Shown in pieces: positions 30,803 through 40,143 of a DNA stretch of 64,000 nt. The first letter of the stretch is position 1. Each line of letters begins with the position of its first letter. The position numbers and the translations under genes were made by a program. This stretch comes from an uncultured Chloroflexia bacterium (GTDB taxonomy: Bacteria > Chloroflexota > Limnocylindria > Limnocylindrales > CSP1-4). Below the pieces are notes generated by a model that saw nothing but the letters and a program-made list of their open reading frames with translations, made no database searches and was not told the DNA's origin. The stretch is from contig CAVYIM010000004.1 in assembly GCA_963768655.1 (NCBI GenBank), forward strand, positions 288,001-352,000, written 5' to 3'.

Positions 30803-31861
30803 ATGCCCGAGCTCTCGCGTCGCGATTTCCTGCGGCTGGCTGTCCTGGGACTGGGTGCCGCGGTACTGGGCGGCATTCTCGAGGCCTGCAAGGCCCAATT
30901 CAGCCCCGCGGTAGTGCCCACTCCCGCTCCGCCTGCCACTTCCCCATCGGCCACCGCGGCCGGGACGCAGCCGTCCGCCACGCCCGTGCTGTCCGCCACG
31001 CCCGTGCCGTCATCCACGCTGCCGGCGTCGTCCAGCCCGGCTGCGTCCGCTGGCTATCCAGACGTGGTCGTGGCGCGAAACGGCGACCCTGAACCGCTGG
31101 TGCGGGGCGCGATCGCGGCCCTGGGCGGCATGGGGCGGTTCGTGCCGCGCGGCGCGAGTGTCATCGTCAAACCGAACATCTGCGTGTCCTATCGAACATA
31201 CGAATACGCGGCCACGACCAACCCCTGGGTCGTGGGGACGCTGGTCAAGATGGCCTTCGAGGCCGGGGCGGGCAGCGTCAAGGTCCTGGACTATCCCTAC
31301 GGCGGCAGTGCGGCGGAGGCCTACGCCACGAGCGGCATCGGGCAGCAGGTTCAGGCTGCCGGGGGACAGATGGTGGTGATGTCGGACCGCAACTACGTCC
31401 GCACGCGAATCCCCGCCGGGAAATGGCTGAAGCAGACCGAGGTCTACGACGACGTCCTGAAGGCGGACGTGCTCATCAACGTGCCGATTGCCAAGGTGCA
31501 CTCGTCCGCGCGTTTGACGCTGGGCATGAAGAACCTGATGGGGGTCGTACGCGACCGTTCGGCCATGCATGGCAAGCTGGGGCAGGCCATCGCCGACCTG
31601 AACACGCTGGTCAGGCCGCAGCTGACGGTTGTCGATTGCGTGCGCATCCTCACGGCGAATGGTCCATCGGGCGGCAGCCTGGGTGACGTCAAGAAACTGA
31701 ACACCGTCGTCGCCAGTTCCGACGTCGTGGCGGCTGACAGCTTTGCCGCCACGCTCTTTCGGCTCAAGCCGAGCGACGTCGACTACCTCCGCATCGGCGC
31801 GGCGATGGGCCTGGGCCAGAGCGACCTATCCAAGTTGCGGGTCGAGGACTTCTCGGTCTAG
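30803..31861 (+). CDS. DUF362 family protein with Tat signal
   Basis: SRRDFLRL Tat motif, Pro/Ser/Thr linker, VIVKPNI, TTNP, INVPIAKVH, TLGMKNLMG. Confidence 0.88.
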   Translation: MPELSRRDFLRLAVLGLGAAVLGGILEACKAQFSPAVVPTPAPPATSPSATAAGTQPSATPVLSATPVPSSTLPASSSPAASAGYPDVVVARNGDPEPLVRGAIAALGGMGRFVPRGASVIVKPNICVSYRTYEYAATTNPWVVGTLVKMAFEAGAGSVKVLDYPYGGSAAEAYATSGIGQQVQAAGGQMVVMSDRNYVRTRIPAGKWLKQTEVYDDVLKADVLINVPIAKVHSSARLTLGMKNLMGVVRDRSAMHGKLGQAIADLNTLVRPQLTVVDCVRILTANGPSGGSLGDVKKLNTVVASSDVVAADSFAATLFRLKPSDVDYLRIGAAMGLGQSDLSKLRVEDFSV

Positions 31862-31863
31862 AG

Positions 31864-33405
31864 ATGCTTACCAGACCTGGCTGGGTCAGGAGTCGAAAGG
31901 CCGTCCAGGCTCTCGCCCTGATCGCCTTCGTTGGCCTCTTCCTCCTCTCGCCGGGCAACGGAGTGTCGGGCGACCTGGCCAACGTCCCCATGCGCCTCGA
32001 CCCGCTGCTCATGCTGGCCAGCACTCTGGCGGCCCGGGCATTCATGGTCGGCTCGGCGCTGGCCCTTGCGACGCTGATCCTGACCCTCCTGTTCGGCCGT
32101 GCCTGGTGCGGCTGGCTGTGTCCGCTCGGAACTATGTTCGACCTGGTCCCTGTCAGGCCCGGGCGCGGTCGGCGCCTGGCCGTGCCGGAAGGCTTGCGCA
32201 AGGTCAAGTACGTCCTGTTCTTCCTCATCCTGTTCGCCGCGCTGCTGGGCAACCAGACCCTGCTCTTCCTCGACCCGCTGGCCATCTTCTTCCGAACCCT
32301 CACCACGGCCGTCTGGCCTGCCCTGGACCAGATCGTGACGGCCCTCGAAACCTTCCTGTCTCAGATCCCGGGCTTCGGCGGGCCGATCTCCTCGCTGGAC
32401 ACGGTCATCCGGCCGCTCATCCTGCCCGCCGAGCCGGTCTCGTACGAGGATGCCTTCTTGTTCGCATCCTTCTTCGTTTTGCTCGTGGCGCTGAACGCTC
32501 TCGCTCCGCGCTTCTGGTGTCGCTATCTCTGTCCCCTGGGCGGGTTTCTCGGCCTGATCAGTCGGGTAGCCATCTTCCGCCGAGAGGTGGCGGCGTCGTG
32601 CAGCAACTGCGGCCTGTGCGCGGAAGATTGCCCGACCGGAACCATCGACCCGGCCAGGAACCACGCCAGCGACCCGGCCGAATGCACGGTCTGCATGGGA
32701 TGCCTGGAGGCGTGCCCGCTCGGTTCCGTCGAGTTCAAGCCGAGCCTGTCCCAGGCCGAAGGTCGGCCCTACGACCCCCGCCGGCGCGAACTGCTCCTGG
32801 CACTCGGCGTTGCAGCCGTTGGAATCGCTCTCTTCCAGAGCGATCTGCTTGCCAAACGCGAATCTCCTTTCCTGCTGCGTCCGCCCGGGTCGCGAGAAAG
32901 CAACCCGGACGTCGTGGCCCTCACGGACTGCACACGCTGCAGCGAGTGCGCTCGCGTCTGCCCGACGGGAGCCATCCAGCCGGCCATCCTTCAGGCCGGG
33001 CTGCAGGGTCTGGGCACGCCCGTGTTGGTCCCGCGCCTGGGCTACTGCGACTACTCCTGCAACGCCTGTGGCCAGGTCTGCCCAACGCAGGCCATCCCAC
33101 TGCTCAGCCTGGCGGACAAGCAGCAGCAGGTCATCGGCAATGCCTACATCGACCAGAACCGCTGCCTTGCCTGGTCGGATCACCAGCCCTGCGTCGTCTG
33201 CCAGGAGATGTGCCCGCTGCCCGAGAAGGCGATCCAGCTCGAGGAGCAGGATGTCTGGAGCCCGGACGGAGGCACGGTCAGTCTGCAGCTGCCGCACGTC
33301 GTCAGGAACCTCTGCATCGGGTGCGGACTCTGCGAGTACAGATGTCCGGTCAGTGGCGACGCGGCCATTCGCGTGTATGTCCCGCCGCTGCCGGTACCGT
33401 ACTAG
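31864..33405 (+). CDS. Membrane polyferredoxin (NapH/MauN-like fused to NapG/MauM-like)
   Basis: GRAWCGWLCPLG, RFWCRYLCPLG, multiple CxxCxxCxxxCP clusters, LRPPG. Confidence 0.9.
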   Translation: MLTRPGWVRSRKAVQALALIAFVGLFLLSPGNGVSGDLANVPMRLDPLLMLASTLAARAFMVGSALALATLILTLLFGRAWCGWLCPLGTMFDLVPVRPGRGRRLAVPEGLRKVKYVLFFLILFAALLGNQTLLFLDPLAIFFRTLTTAVWPALDQIVTALETFLSQIPGFGGPISSLDTVIRPLILPAEPVSYEDAFLFASFFVLLVALNALAPRFWCRYLCPLGGFLGLISRVAIFRREVAASCSNCGLCAEDCPTGTIDPARNHASDPAECTVCMGCLEACPLGSVEFKPSLSQAEGRPYDPRRRELLLALGVAAVGIALFQSDLLAKRESPFLLRPPGSRESNPDVVALTDCTRCSECARVCPTGAIQPAILQAGLQGLGTPVLVPRLGYCDYSCNACGQVCPTQAIPLLSLADKQQQVIGNAYIDQNRCLAWSDHQPCVVCQEMCPLPEKAIQLEEQDVWSPDGGTVSLQLPHVVRNLCIGCGLCEYRCPVSGDAAIRVYVPPLPVPY

Positions 33406-33641
33406 GATCGAGACCAGGATCGAGCGACATCAGTCGCCCTGAGGCACCTCTTCCCGAACGGGCAACGGAATCCTCCCGAAGGTGCGGTAGATCGGCTCAG
33501 CCGACGCGGCGGCGGCGCGCGATCATATGCGAGGACGTTCGGCCAGGCACCGGACCGCCCGAGAGGAGACCTGAGTGCACGACTGGCCGGTGGATCGGTC
33601 GCCTGCACGGCGCGGCGAGGGCGCCTGAGATGCGCGCCCAC

Positions 33642-35081
33642 ATGCTCGCCCGCAAGCAGCGGGGCGAGGACGGCCGCCAATCGCTGAACGGGCGCCCAGG
33701 CGGCGGTCCGCGACGAACCGGCGAGGACGTGACGCCGCTCGTCGCGCACGTGCTCGCGCTCCAGAGCTCCGCCGGCAACGCCGCCGTGTCTCGGCTGTTC
33801 GCGGGCGGGGCTTCGTCGCCGACCGCCGTCCCCGCGAACGAGGGCGACGAGGAGGATCTGCAAGACGGGGCCGAACCGTCGGGGACGACACAGCCGGCTC
33901 CGGCCCAGGGTGAAGCCGCGGGCGCGAGCGATCTGGCGGAGCCGGAGCCGACCGGCGGCGGCCAGCCCGGCGATCTGACCGAGCCGGCTCCGGCCCAGGG
34001 CGAAGCCGCAGGCCCGAGCGATCTGGCCGAGCCCGAGCCGACCGGTGGCGGCGCTGCGGGTCTCGAGGGCGAGAGCGGGACCGAAGCCGGGGCCGAGCCG
34101 ACAGGCGGGGCCGGCGCTGCGGGTCTCGAGGGCGAGAGCGGAACCGCAGCCGGGGGGGCCAGCGCTGCGGGTTCCGAAGGCGCGAATTGGACCGAAGGCG
34201 ACGGCGCCGGCGGTCCCGGTGCCGGCTGGACGGAGGGCGACGGTGGTGGAGGCGGCGAAGGTGAGGGCGACGTGCCCGACGTCGTCGAGGAGGATCCGTT
34301 CCTCCCGCTGACCGGGGGCGGTCCCGTCGCGTCTGGTCCGGGCCCGAGCCCGGCCTCGACCGGCGGCTCGGGCCCCGGCTTCGTGGATCTCGGTCGGGTC
34401 GGCAGTTCAGCTGCCGGCGAGCCCATCTCCGACGAGACGTACAAGCCGCACGCCTTCACCGATGGCGGCCGTGCCGGGTCGGCGCAATGGAGCGGCGGCG
34501 GCCCCGGCGGCGGTCCCAAGGGCAACGAGGAAGCCGGCTCGACGTCGCCCGACGGGACGGTGCAACCAAAGTACGTCTCGCGGTCCAATGGCGTTCTCCG
34601 ACAGTCGGAGGCGTGGGTGACCCCCGGTACCGGAACCGTCAGCGTCGTCCGACAGTGGTTCGGGGCCGAGCCCGGCGACCAGGGCAACGGCTGGTACGTG
34701 ACCGACGCGGCCGCGGCGCGCCTCAACCAGCATGAGGAACTCCACGTCCAGAAATCGCGTGAGTACTACAGCCAGTTCCTCGACCCGATGATGAATCGGA
34801 TGGCGACCTGGGGCCCAACCGGAAACCACGCCACGGCATACCTGCAGTGGTCGGCGATCTCGACGCTCGAGGCGGCCGTGGGCTGGGACAAGGCGCTGGA
34901 GAGCTTCTTCGTGCAGGATCGCCTGGCCAACGTGAACGGCGGGATCGTCGACCAGGACGACCTCAGCTCCGGCACGTACCCCCAGCGATTCCCGTCGCCG
35001 GAGAAGCCGGAGCAGATCAAGATCGGCGGCAAGGACTACGCCTCGCTTCTGAAGATGCCAGGCGAGAAGACGCCGGCGTAG
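33642..35081 (+). CDS. Hypothetical protein: LQxxAGNxAV motif, acidic Gly/Pro repeats, C-terminal HExxH domain
   Basis: VLALQSSAGNAAVSRLF; internal repeats; LNQHEELHV; coding-like bias only from ~33630. Confidence 0.75.
   Translation: MLARKQRGEDGRQSLNGRPGGGPRRTGEDVTPLVAHVLALQSSAGNAAVSRLFAGGASSPTAVPANEGDEEDLQDGAEPSGTTQPAPAQGEAAGASDLAEPEPTGGGQPGDLTEPAPAQGEAAGPSDLAEPEPTGGGAAGLEGESGTEAGAEPTGGAGAAGLEGESGTAAGGASAAGSEGANWTEGDGAGGPGAGWTEGDGGGGGEGEGDVPDVVEEDPFLPLTGGGPVASGPGPSPASTGGSGPGFVDLGRVGSSAAGEPISDETYKPHAFTDGGRAGSAQWSGGGPGGGPKGNEEAGSTSPDGTVQPKYVSRSNGVLRQSEAWVTPGTGTVSVVRQWFGAEPGDQGNGWYVTDAAAARLNQHEELHVQKSREYYSQFLDPMMNRMATWGPTGNHATAYLQWSAISTLEAAVGWDKALESFFVQDRLANVNGGIVDQDDLSSGTYPQRFPSPEKPEQIKIGGKDYASLLKMPGEKTPA
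33891..34150 (+). repeat. In-frame tandem repeats (two units of 90-bp period, two of 63-bp period)
   Basis: agccggctccggcccagggYgaagccgc at 33892 and 33982; gcgctgcgggtctcgagggcgagagcgg at 34050 and 34113. Confidence 0.8.
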
Positions 35082-35232
35082 CGGCGCCCGGCAGGCTGCA
35101 GGCCCTTGCGTGGGCCCAGGCCAGTCTCGGATTTCGTCCGGGGTCTCGCGTCCGTCCCATTGGTGTGGATTCGACCCAACAACCGCGTCGTGACTCACTA
35201 CACTTCTGGCGGGTCCAGTCCGGGTAGGAAGG

Positions 35233-37009
35233 GTGCCAGGGCAAGGGTTCCGTCACGCGAGCCCGATCTCCCGGAGACAGGGGACCGGCTCGTACGTCCC
35301 TGCGAACCCCTTCTGCTACGCCTACGACGCCACCGACGAGCTCCTCTGGAAGGGTCCGAACGCTAACGGCTCGGGGTCCTCCGCCTTTAGCTACGATGCC
35401 CTGGGCAACCTGCTCTCGAGCCAGCCCTCGGGTCCGGACTCGGGCAGCCTGAAGCCGACCACCTACACCTACGACCCCGCCGGGCACCTGCTCACCATCG
35501 ACGATGGCACGGCGGCCCAGAAGGTCACCTTCACCATCGATGCCGCCGGCCGTCATGCGAGCGAGGTTATCGGCTCGGGAGCGACCACGACGTACGAGTA
35601 CCTCGGTACATCGGATGTGATCAGCTCGGAGACTACGAGCGGCGTCACGACCTACTCGGGTATCGATGCCATCGGCGATCGATTGAGCCAGGGCAGCGGC
35701 GCCAGCGTGGCGGGCTGGCTCATCGCCGATCTCCACGGCAACATCGTCGCCGCCGCATCGAGCGGCTCCTCGCCGGCCTATCTAGATGCCTACCGCTACG
35801 ACCCCTACGGCGAGACCTGCGGCTCCTGGGCCGCCTCATCGGGCTCGCTCACCGTACCCTGGCGCTTTCAGGGCCGGATCCTGGAGTCGGACATCGGCGC
35901 CGGTACCGATCTGTATGACTTCGGGGCTCGCGCCTACGATCCCGATCTTGGCGACTTCACGAGCTTCGACACCGTCTCGGGCTCCGCCCTGAACCCGCTC
36001 ACCCTCAACCGCTACCTCTATGCCAGCGCCAACCCTGAGACATTGGTGGATCCGGACGGCCACGCCAACTGCGGTGGCGCCGGGAACGCGGCCGAGGAGG
36101 AAGCCTGCGAGGCGGCCGCGGAACCTCCGTCGCCTGTGTCTCAACCTGTCTCTCATCCGAACACCGAGCTCTTCAACTGCTCGGGCGCACCCGCCTCGTC
36201 TGCTGCCGAGTGCGAGGCGGCCAAGTTCGACGCTCAGCTTGAGACGGCGCGGGCCGAGCTGTCGGGCAGCACCGACTCGACCACCGCGGCCTACGACTCC
36301 GTGCTACACGACTCTGTGCTACACGACACCACCGACTCGGGCAGCGCGGTCTACTCGTACACGAGCAGTGCAGACGCGGCGGTCCCCACGACCTACCTGG
36401 GCGAAACCGCCGACGTGAAGCGCAACATCGCCAACGAGAACGAGATGGAGCACTACAGCGGGCAATGTCTGAACGGGAACGACTCGGCCTGCGCGACGAT
36501 GAAGACGATCAATGTGGACTACAACAACGTGTCGAACTTGCTTGGAAACGTAAGTACTCTCGGAAGTAGTGCCGGTCTGTGTTTGTTGACGGGCGCAGAA
36601 ACTCTAGGCGTCGGCTGCACACCTCTCATCGGCGAAGCTATCTACACGGCCATCACAGCGGGAGAACAACTTAAGGAAGGGCCAGCCACTTCTGGAAGGC
36701 TGGTCCTGGCAGGATGCCACAATCGCAGCGGTGGGCACATACGTGATGACCACGACGGACTTGACCGTGCCGGTGGTGGCGGGTCTGGGTGCAGCTGTCG
36801 GGTTCGTCTCAGACGTGATTTCACAGGAGGCCAAACATCCACTCACAATGCCCAACCTCCCGCACGCTTTCTGCGCAAGTGGCACGAGCGGCCTCTCCTC
36901 CGTAGCCGTGTTCAGCAAGACAGTCAATGGCGTGGTGCGAGGCGCCTTCTGGAGTCTGTTGACTGGTTTCGATAGCAACGAAGTCTGCAATGAGGTGTTT
37001 GGTGGATAG
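35233..37009 (+). CDS. Orphan Rhs cassette 1 (core type A + tip 1); frameshift near 36714
   Basis: YD repeats, DLHGN, RYDPYG, YDFGARAYDPDLG.F, NP..LNRYLYA.ANP..LVDPDG (ends 36060); the tip continues in the frame of ORF 36731..37009. Confidence 0.85.
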
Positions 37010-37376
37010 CGCCGCGCAGCAAGCAGCGATTGTCTTCTTTATCTGTTGCTTACCGATGAGCGTCCTCTGGTCGTCTGTCGCGATCTTGTCCGCAGGCTTT
37101 CTTGGCCATCCTCAGGATCAGCCAGCCGTTGTCCAGTTCCTCGTCTCTAGGACTGGTTCAGGCCTGGAGTACGACCATCCAGTTCCGGTCGTATTTGCCC
37201 TGTCATGTTTGGGTTTCGCGGCCTTCAACTTCGTGCCCGTGTCTCTCCTTGCCGACAACCCATATGGCCCGCAAAGCCTGGCCGTCGACGTCGTGTACCT
37301 GATTGTCCTCGGGCTTTGGCTTGTCCGGTTGGCGGTGGCACTGATCCGATCACGATCCCGCCACCCGGACGAGTGA
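37002..37376 (+). CDS. Putative membrane immunity protein (family I)
   Basis: GTG overlaps the tip-1 stop; three hydrophobic segments; paralogous to 46018..46392. Confidence 0.65.
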   Translation: MDSAAQQAAIVFFICCLPMSVLWSSVAILSAGFLGHPQDQPAVVQFLVSRTGSGLEYDHPVPVVFALSCLGFAAFNFVPVSLLADNPYGPQSLAVDVVYLIVLGLWLVRLAVALIRSRSRHPDE

Positions 37377-37386
37377 CCGTCTCCCG

Positions 37387-37735
37387 ATGAGTGGTCTCGG
37401 CGATTTCTACGTGGGCTGCCTGCTGGCGGCCGGGGAGGTCGTGGTCGTAGTGGCGATCGAGGTTCGAAATCGCCCTCGGTCTGGGTCGGATACCCGTCTC
37501 AGGCCCCTTGGCGATGATCGCTCGCGACTTCGAGGCTCCAGTGAGCCACCGACGTACATACCTGGCGACATACGCCCTGATCCTGGCCATGTTTCAGTTC
37601 TTCCCATTGAGCCAGGAGCGGTTGTTGGGTGGCAGTTCTCCGCCGAACCATATCAGCGGTGCCGCGGTCGTTGCTGCGGAGATACTCTTCGCCGTATATG
37701 TCTGGCTCGGCACCCGTCCGGCGGAACCGAAGTAG
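37387..37735 (+). pseudogene. Small membrane protein, frameshifted (orphan immunity-like)
   Basis: Hydrophobic N part in ORF 37387 and C part in ORF 37508; frame change at aggcccctt ~37505. Confidence 0.45.
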
Positions 37736-38089
37736 GCGAGTGACGCTCGACTATCAATGCCGTCCCGTGACCAAAGCCAAGAGTAGCCAGGATTGTGCCC
37801 AGCGCGGGCGGGCAAGATCTTCCAACCCAGCCGGCATGCAGACGAAGATTTGCATGACCGCCATAGGAAAGGGACTGTCGTGACACCGCAGTGGTATCGA
37901 TGTCCGTCGTGCGGCGGGGCCTTAGGGCCGGGCACCGCGTTCTGTCCGGCCTGTGGCGCGAGATTCGCTCAACCGACGCCAGGTGCGCAGCCGTGGGTTC
38001 CGGCAGATCCGTCGCAGCCGCCATACGGCGCTCCGCCATACGCCGTTCCGCCCTACGGCGCCCCGGTCGCCGCGCCTACGGCCAAGACC

Positions 38090-39578
38090 GAGGATGTCCC
38101 GCTCGTCGTGGAATTTCAGTGAGGGTCGGGTCTCCAGGTTGCTGATCATATCGGTTGGTTGGTAGCGCTCGCCTCGCTTTCGATGTGGAGCTCGCGCTTT
38201 AGCGCAGCGGCAAGAATGGGCAGCTCCCGATAGCCGCAGACTCGGCGGAACTGAGCCTCTGCGGCGAGCATCCCAGCGGCGGCCCAGCGCAGCGCCATCT
38301 CGCCCGACTCCCAGTTCTTCACCCGGCGGGCGTGCGTCTTGACGATCTCGATCATCGATTCCATCGGGTTGGTCGACTCGAGCGTCCTCCAGAGCGAGCC
38401 GCTGATGCCCAGACGCGTCAGGGTGAGCGTGTCGTCGAGCCCCTCGCGCAGCGACGCGGCGGCTCCCGGACGGCTGTGGGCCAGACTGCGGGCCAGGGAG
38501 TGGAGGGCCGCCTTCGCCCTGTCCGGATCTCGCTCGGCCCAGGCGGCCCGAAGCCGGCGCTGGGCGAGCGGTCGTTCGATCTCGGGCAGGTGCTCTAGAA
38601 CGTTGCGCTCTTTGTGGCGATGGCAGCGATGGATCGCCACGCCTTTGCCCAAGAAGGTGGGGATGGCCGAACCGATGGCGGAGCCGCCGTCGACGACGAA
38701 GAGGACGCCTGCGCTTGTGTCCAGACCGCGATCGCGCAAGTCCGCCAGGAGCGCGTTGACCACCGCGCTGTTCTCGGTCGTGCCCTCGACCACGCCGAGG
38801 GGCACCTTGTGGCCGGCGGCGTCGATCCCGAGCGCGCCTACGAGCAGGTGATCGCCCAGGCGAAAGCCATCGAGCATGAGCACGAGGTAGCGGCGGTCGT
38901 CGAGTCTGCGCCCGAGCAGCTCAGCCAGGCGCTCTGCCGTGGCGGCGAGGAAGCGGCGGCTGACGGCGGCGTGGCTGGTCGAGACGGCGGCCTCCTCGAT
39001 GGCCTCGCCAACAGGCTCGAGGCCAACCGGATAGTCGCGAGTCGAGAGCCCCGCGAGCATCCGGGCGACGATCCCGTCGGCGAGCAGATCGCTGGCTCTC
39101 GCGGCCTCGTAGGTCGCGAGCGGCAGCTCGGCTGCTCCATCGGCACTTCGCACACGTGGCCGCTCGACGCGGAGTCGGCGGCCGCCCAGGGTCACGGTTC
39201 CGGCTTCACTGCCATGGCGATAGGCAACTCGATCCGCTCGGTGGCGGCCGCGTGGGCCGGCCAGGCCGTCAACCTCAGCCGCCATCAGCTCGTCGAGGAC
39301 CTCGAGGCCGACCGCGGTCGAAGCGGCCAGCAGGCCCTCGCGCAGATGGCTCGCGAACGTGGCGAGATGGCCCTCGAGCCGCCCTGTCAGCTCAGCAGGA
39401 AGCTGGTGAACGAGACGGCGAGGTCGGCGGCATCGCTTCTCAGGGCGGGGCCGGACGTGGGACGATGGCATGGGTTCCTCCAGTTCGACTTTCCGGGTCT
39501 CCCGTAGCGTGACAGCTCACGCTCCGGGCTGGAGGACCCACCCCTCAACTCAAATTCCACGGAACTCGGGACAACCTC
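38090..39578 (-). mobile_element. IS256-family insertion sequence, copy 1 (1489 bp)
   Basis: Imperfect terminal IRs gaggatgtcccg.../...cgggacaacctc; 8-bp TSD CCAAGACC (38082-38089, 39579-39586). Confidence 0.95.
38146..39471 (-). CDS. IS256 (Mutator) family transposase
   Basis: VLMLDG, FVVDG, RCHRHKERN, STNPMES (DDE), GLSTR. Confidence 0.93.
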   Translation of the reverse strand: MPSSHVRPRPEKRCRRPRRLVHQLPAELTGRLEGHLATFASHLREGLLAASTAVGLEVLDELMAAEVDGLAGPRGRHRADRVAYRHGSEAGTVTLGGRRLRVERPRVRSADGAAELPLATYEAARASDLLADGIVARMLAGLSTRDYPVGLEPVGEAIEEAAVSTSHAAVSRRFLAATAERLAELLGRRLDDRRYLVLMLDGFRLGDHLLVGALGIDAAGHKVPLGVVEGTTENSAVVNALLADLRDRGLDTSAGVLFVVDGGSAIGSAIPTFLGKGVAIHRCHRHKERNVLEHLPEIERPLAQRRLRAAWAERDPDRAKAALHSLARSLAHSRPGAAASLREGLDDTLTLTRLGISGSLWRTLESTNPMESMIEIVKTHARRVKNWESGEMALRWAAAGMLAAEAQFRRVCGYRELPILAAALKRELHIESEASATNQPI

Positions 39579-40020
39579 CCAAGACCGAGCTCGGCATGAT
39601 TGCCGGCCTTCTCGCCCTTGGCGGCGGCCTGGTGGCCATCGCCTCGGCGTGGCTGCCCTGGGTGACCTATCCTTGGGCCACGCTCTGGAGCCCCACCAAC
39701 TCGACCGATCTGTCCACTCTCCACTGCTGCTACTACCTGGTGGCTGGCGGCGCCATCGCGGCAGTGTGCGGTACGCTGCTCCTCCGCGCCGGTCGGGCGA
39801 CACGGCTCGCCAAGCTCGTCGGCATAGGTGCGATGGCGGGCGGGGCACTCGCGATCGCCGTCGAGGTGGACGCCTATAGCTGGATCAACCGCTTCCTGAC
39901 CATCGCCGCCGGCGACAGCGTCGTCCCGGCCATGGGCTACGGGCTCTACGTCGGCCTCGCTGGCGGCGTGGCGAGTGTCATCGGTGGCTTACTTGGGTTG
40001 GTCGGGCGCCGCTAGCCGTT

Positions 40021-40143
40021 GAAGCCGGCCCCAACACCGCCAAGGCGATGGCCGCCGTCCGGGTGACTTTCTCCGCTGGTCCCGCCGAGGTGGCGGTTGG
40101 CGTTCGAATCGGCCGTCCAGCGGCAAACGCGCAAGCCTTCATC
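40021..40143 (+). repeat. Dispersed ~123-bp element, copy 1 (supplies in-frame MAAVRV leader to the cassette)
   Basis: Aligns colinearly with 52571-52693. Confidence 0.8.

Larger units (their letters stand above)
37880..40015 (+). pseudogene. Zn-ribbon + Pro-rich linker + multi-TM membrane protein split by IS256
   Basis: CPSCG...FCPACG before the IS; removing the IS and one CCAAGACC gives an in-frame join AKT-ELGMIAGLL...GYGLYVGLAGG. Confidence 0.8.

Noticed and set aside
31743-33629. 1112-aa ORF 31743..35081 as one protein
   Set aside because: Its first ~630 codons are an Arg/Pro-rich off-frame shadow of the polyferredoxin gene; only the part from ~33630 looks coding
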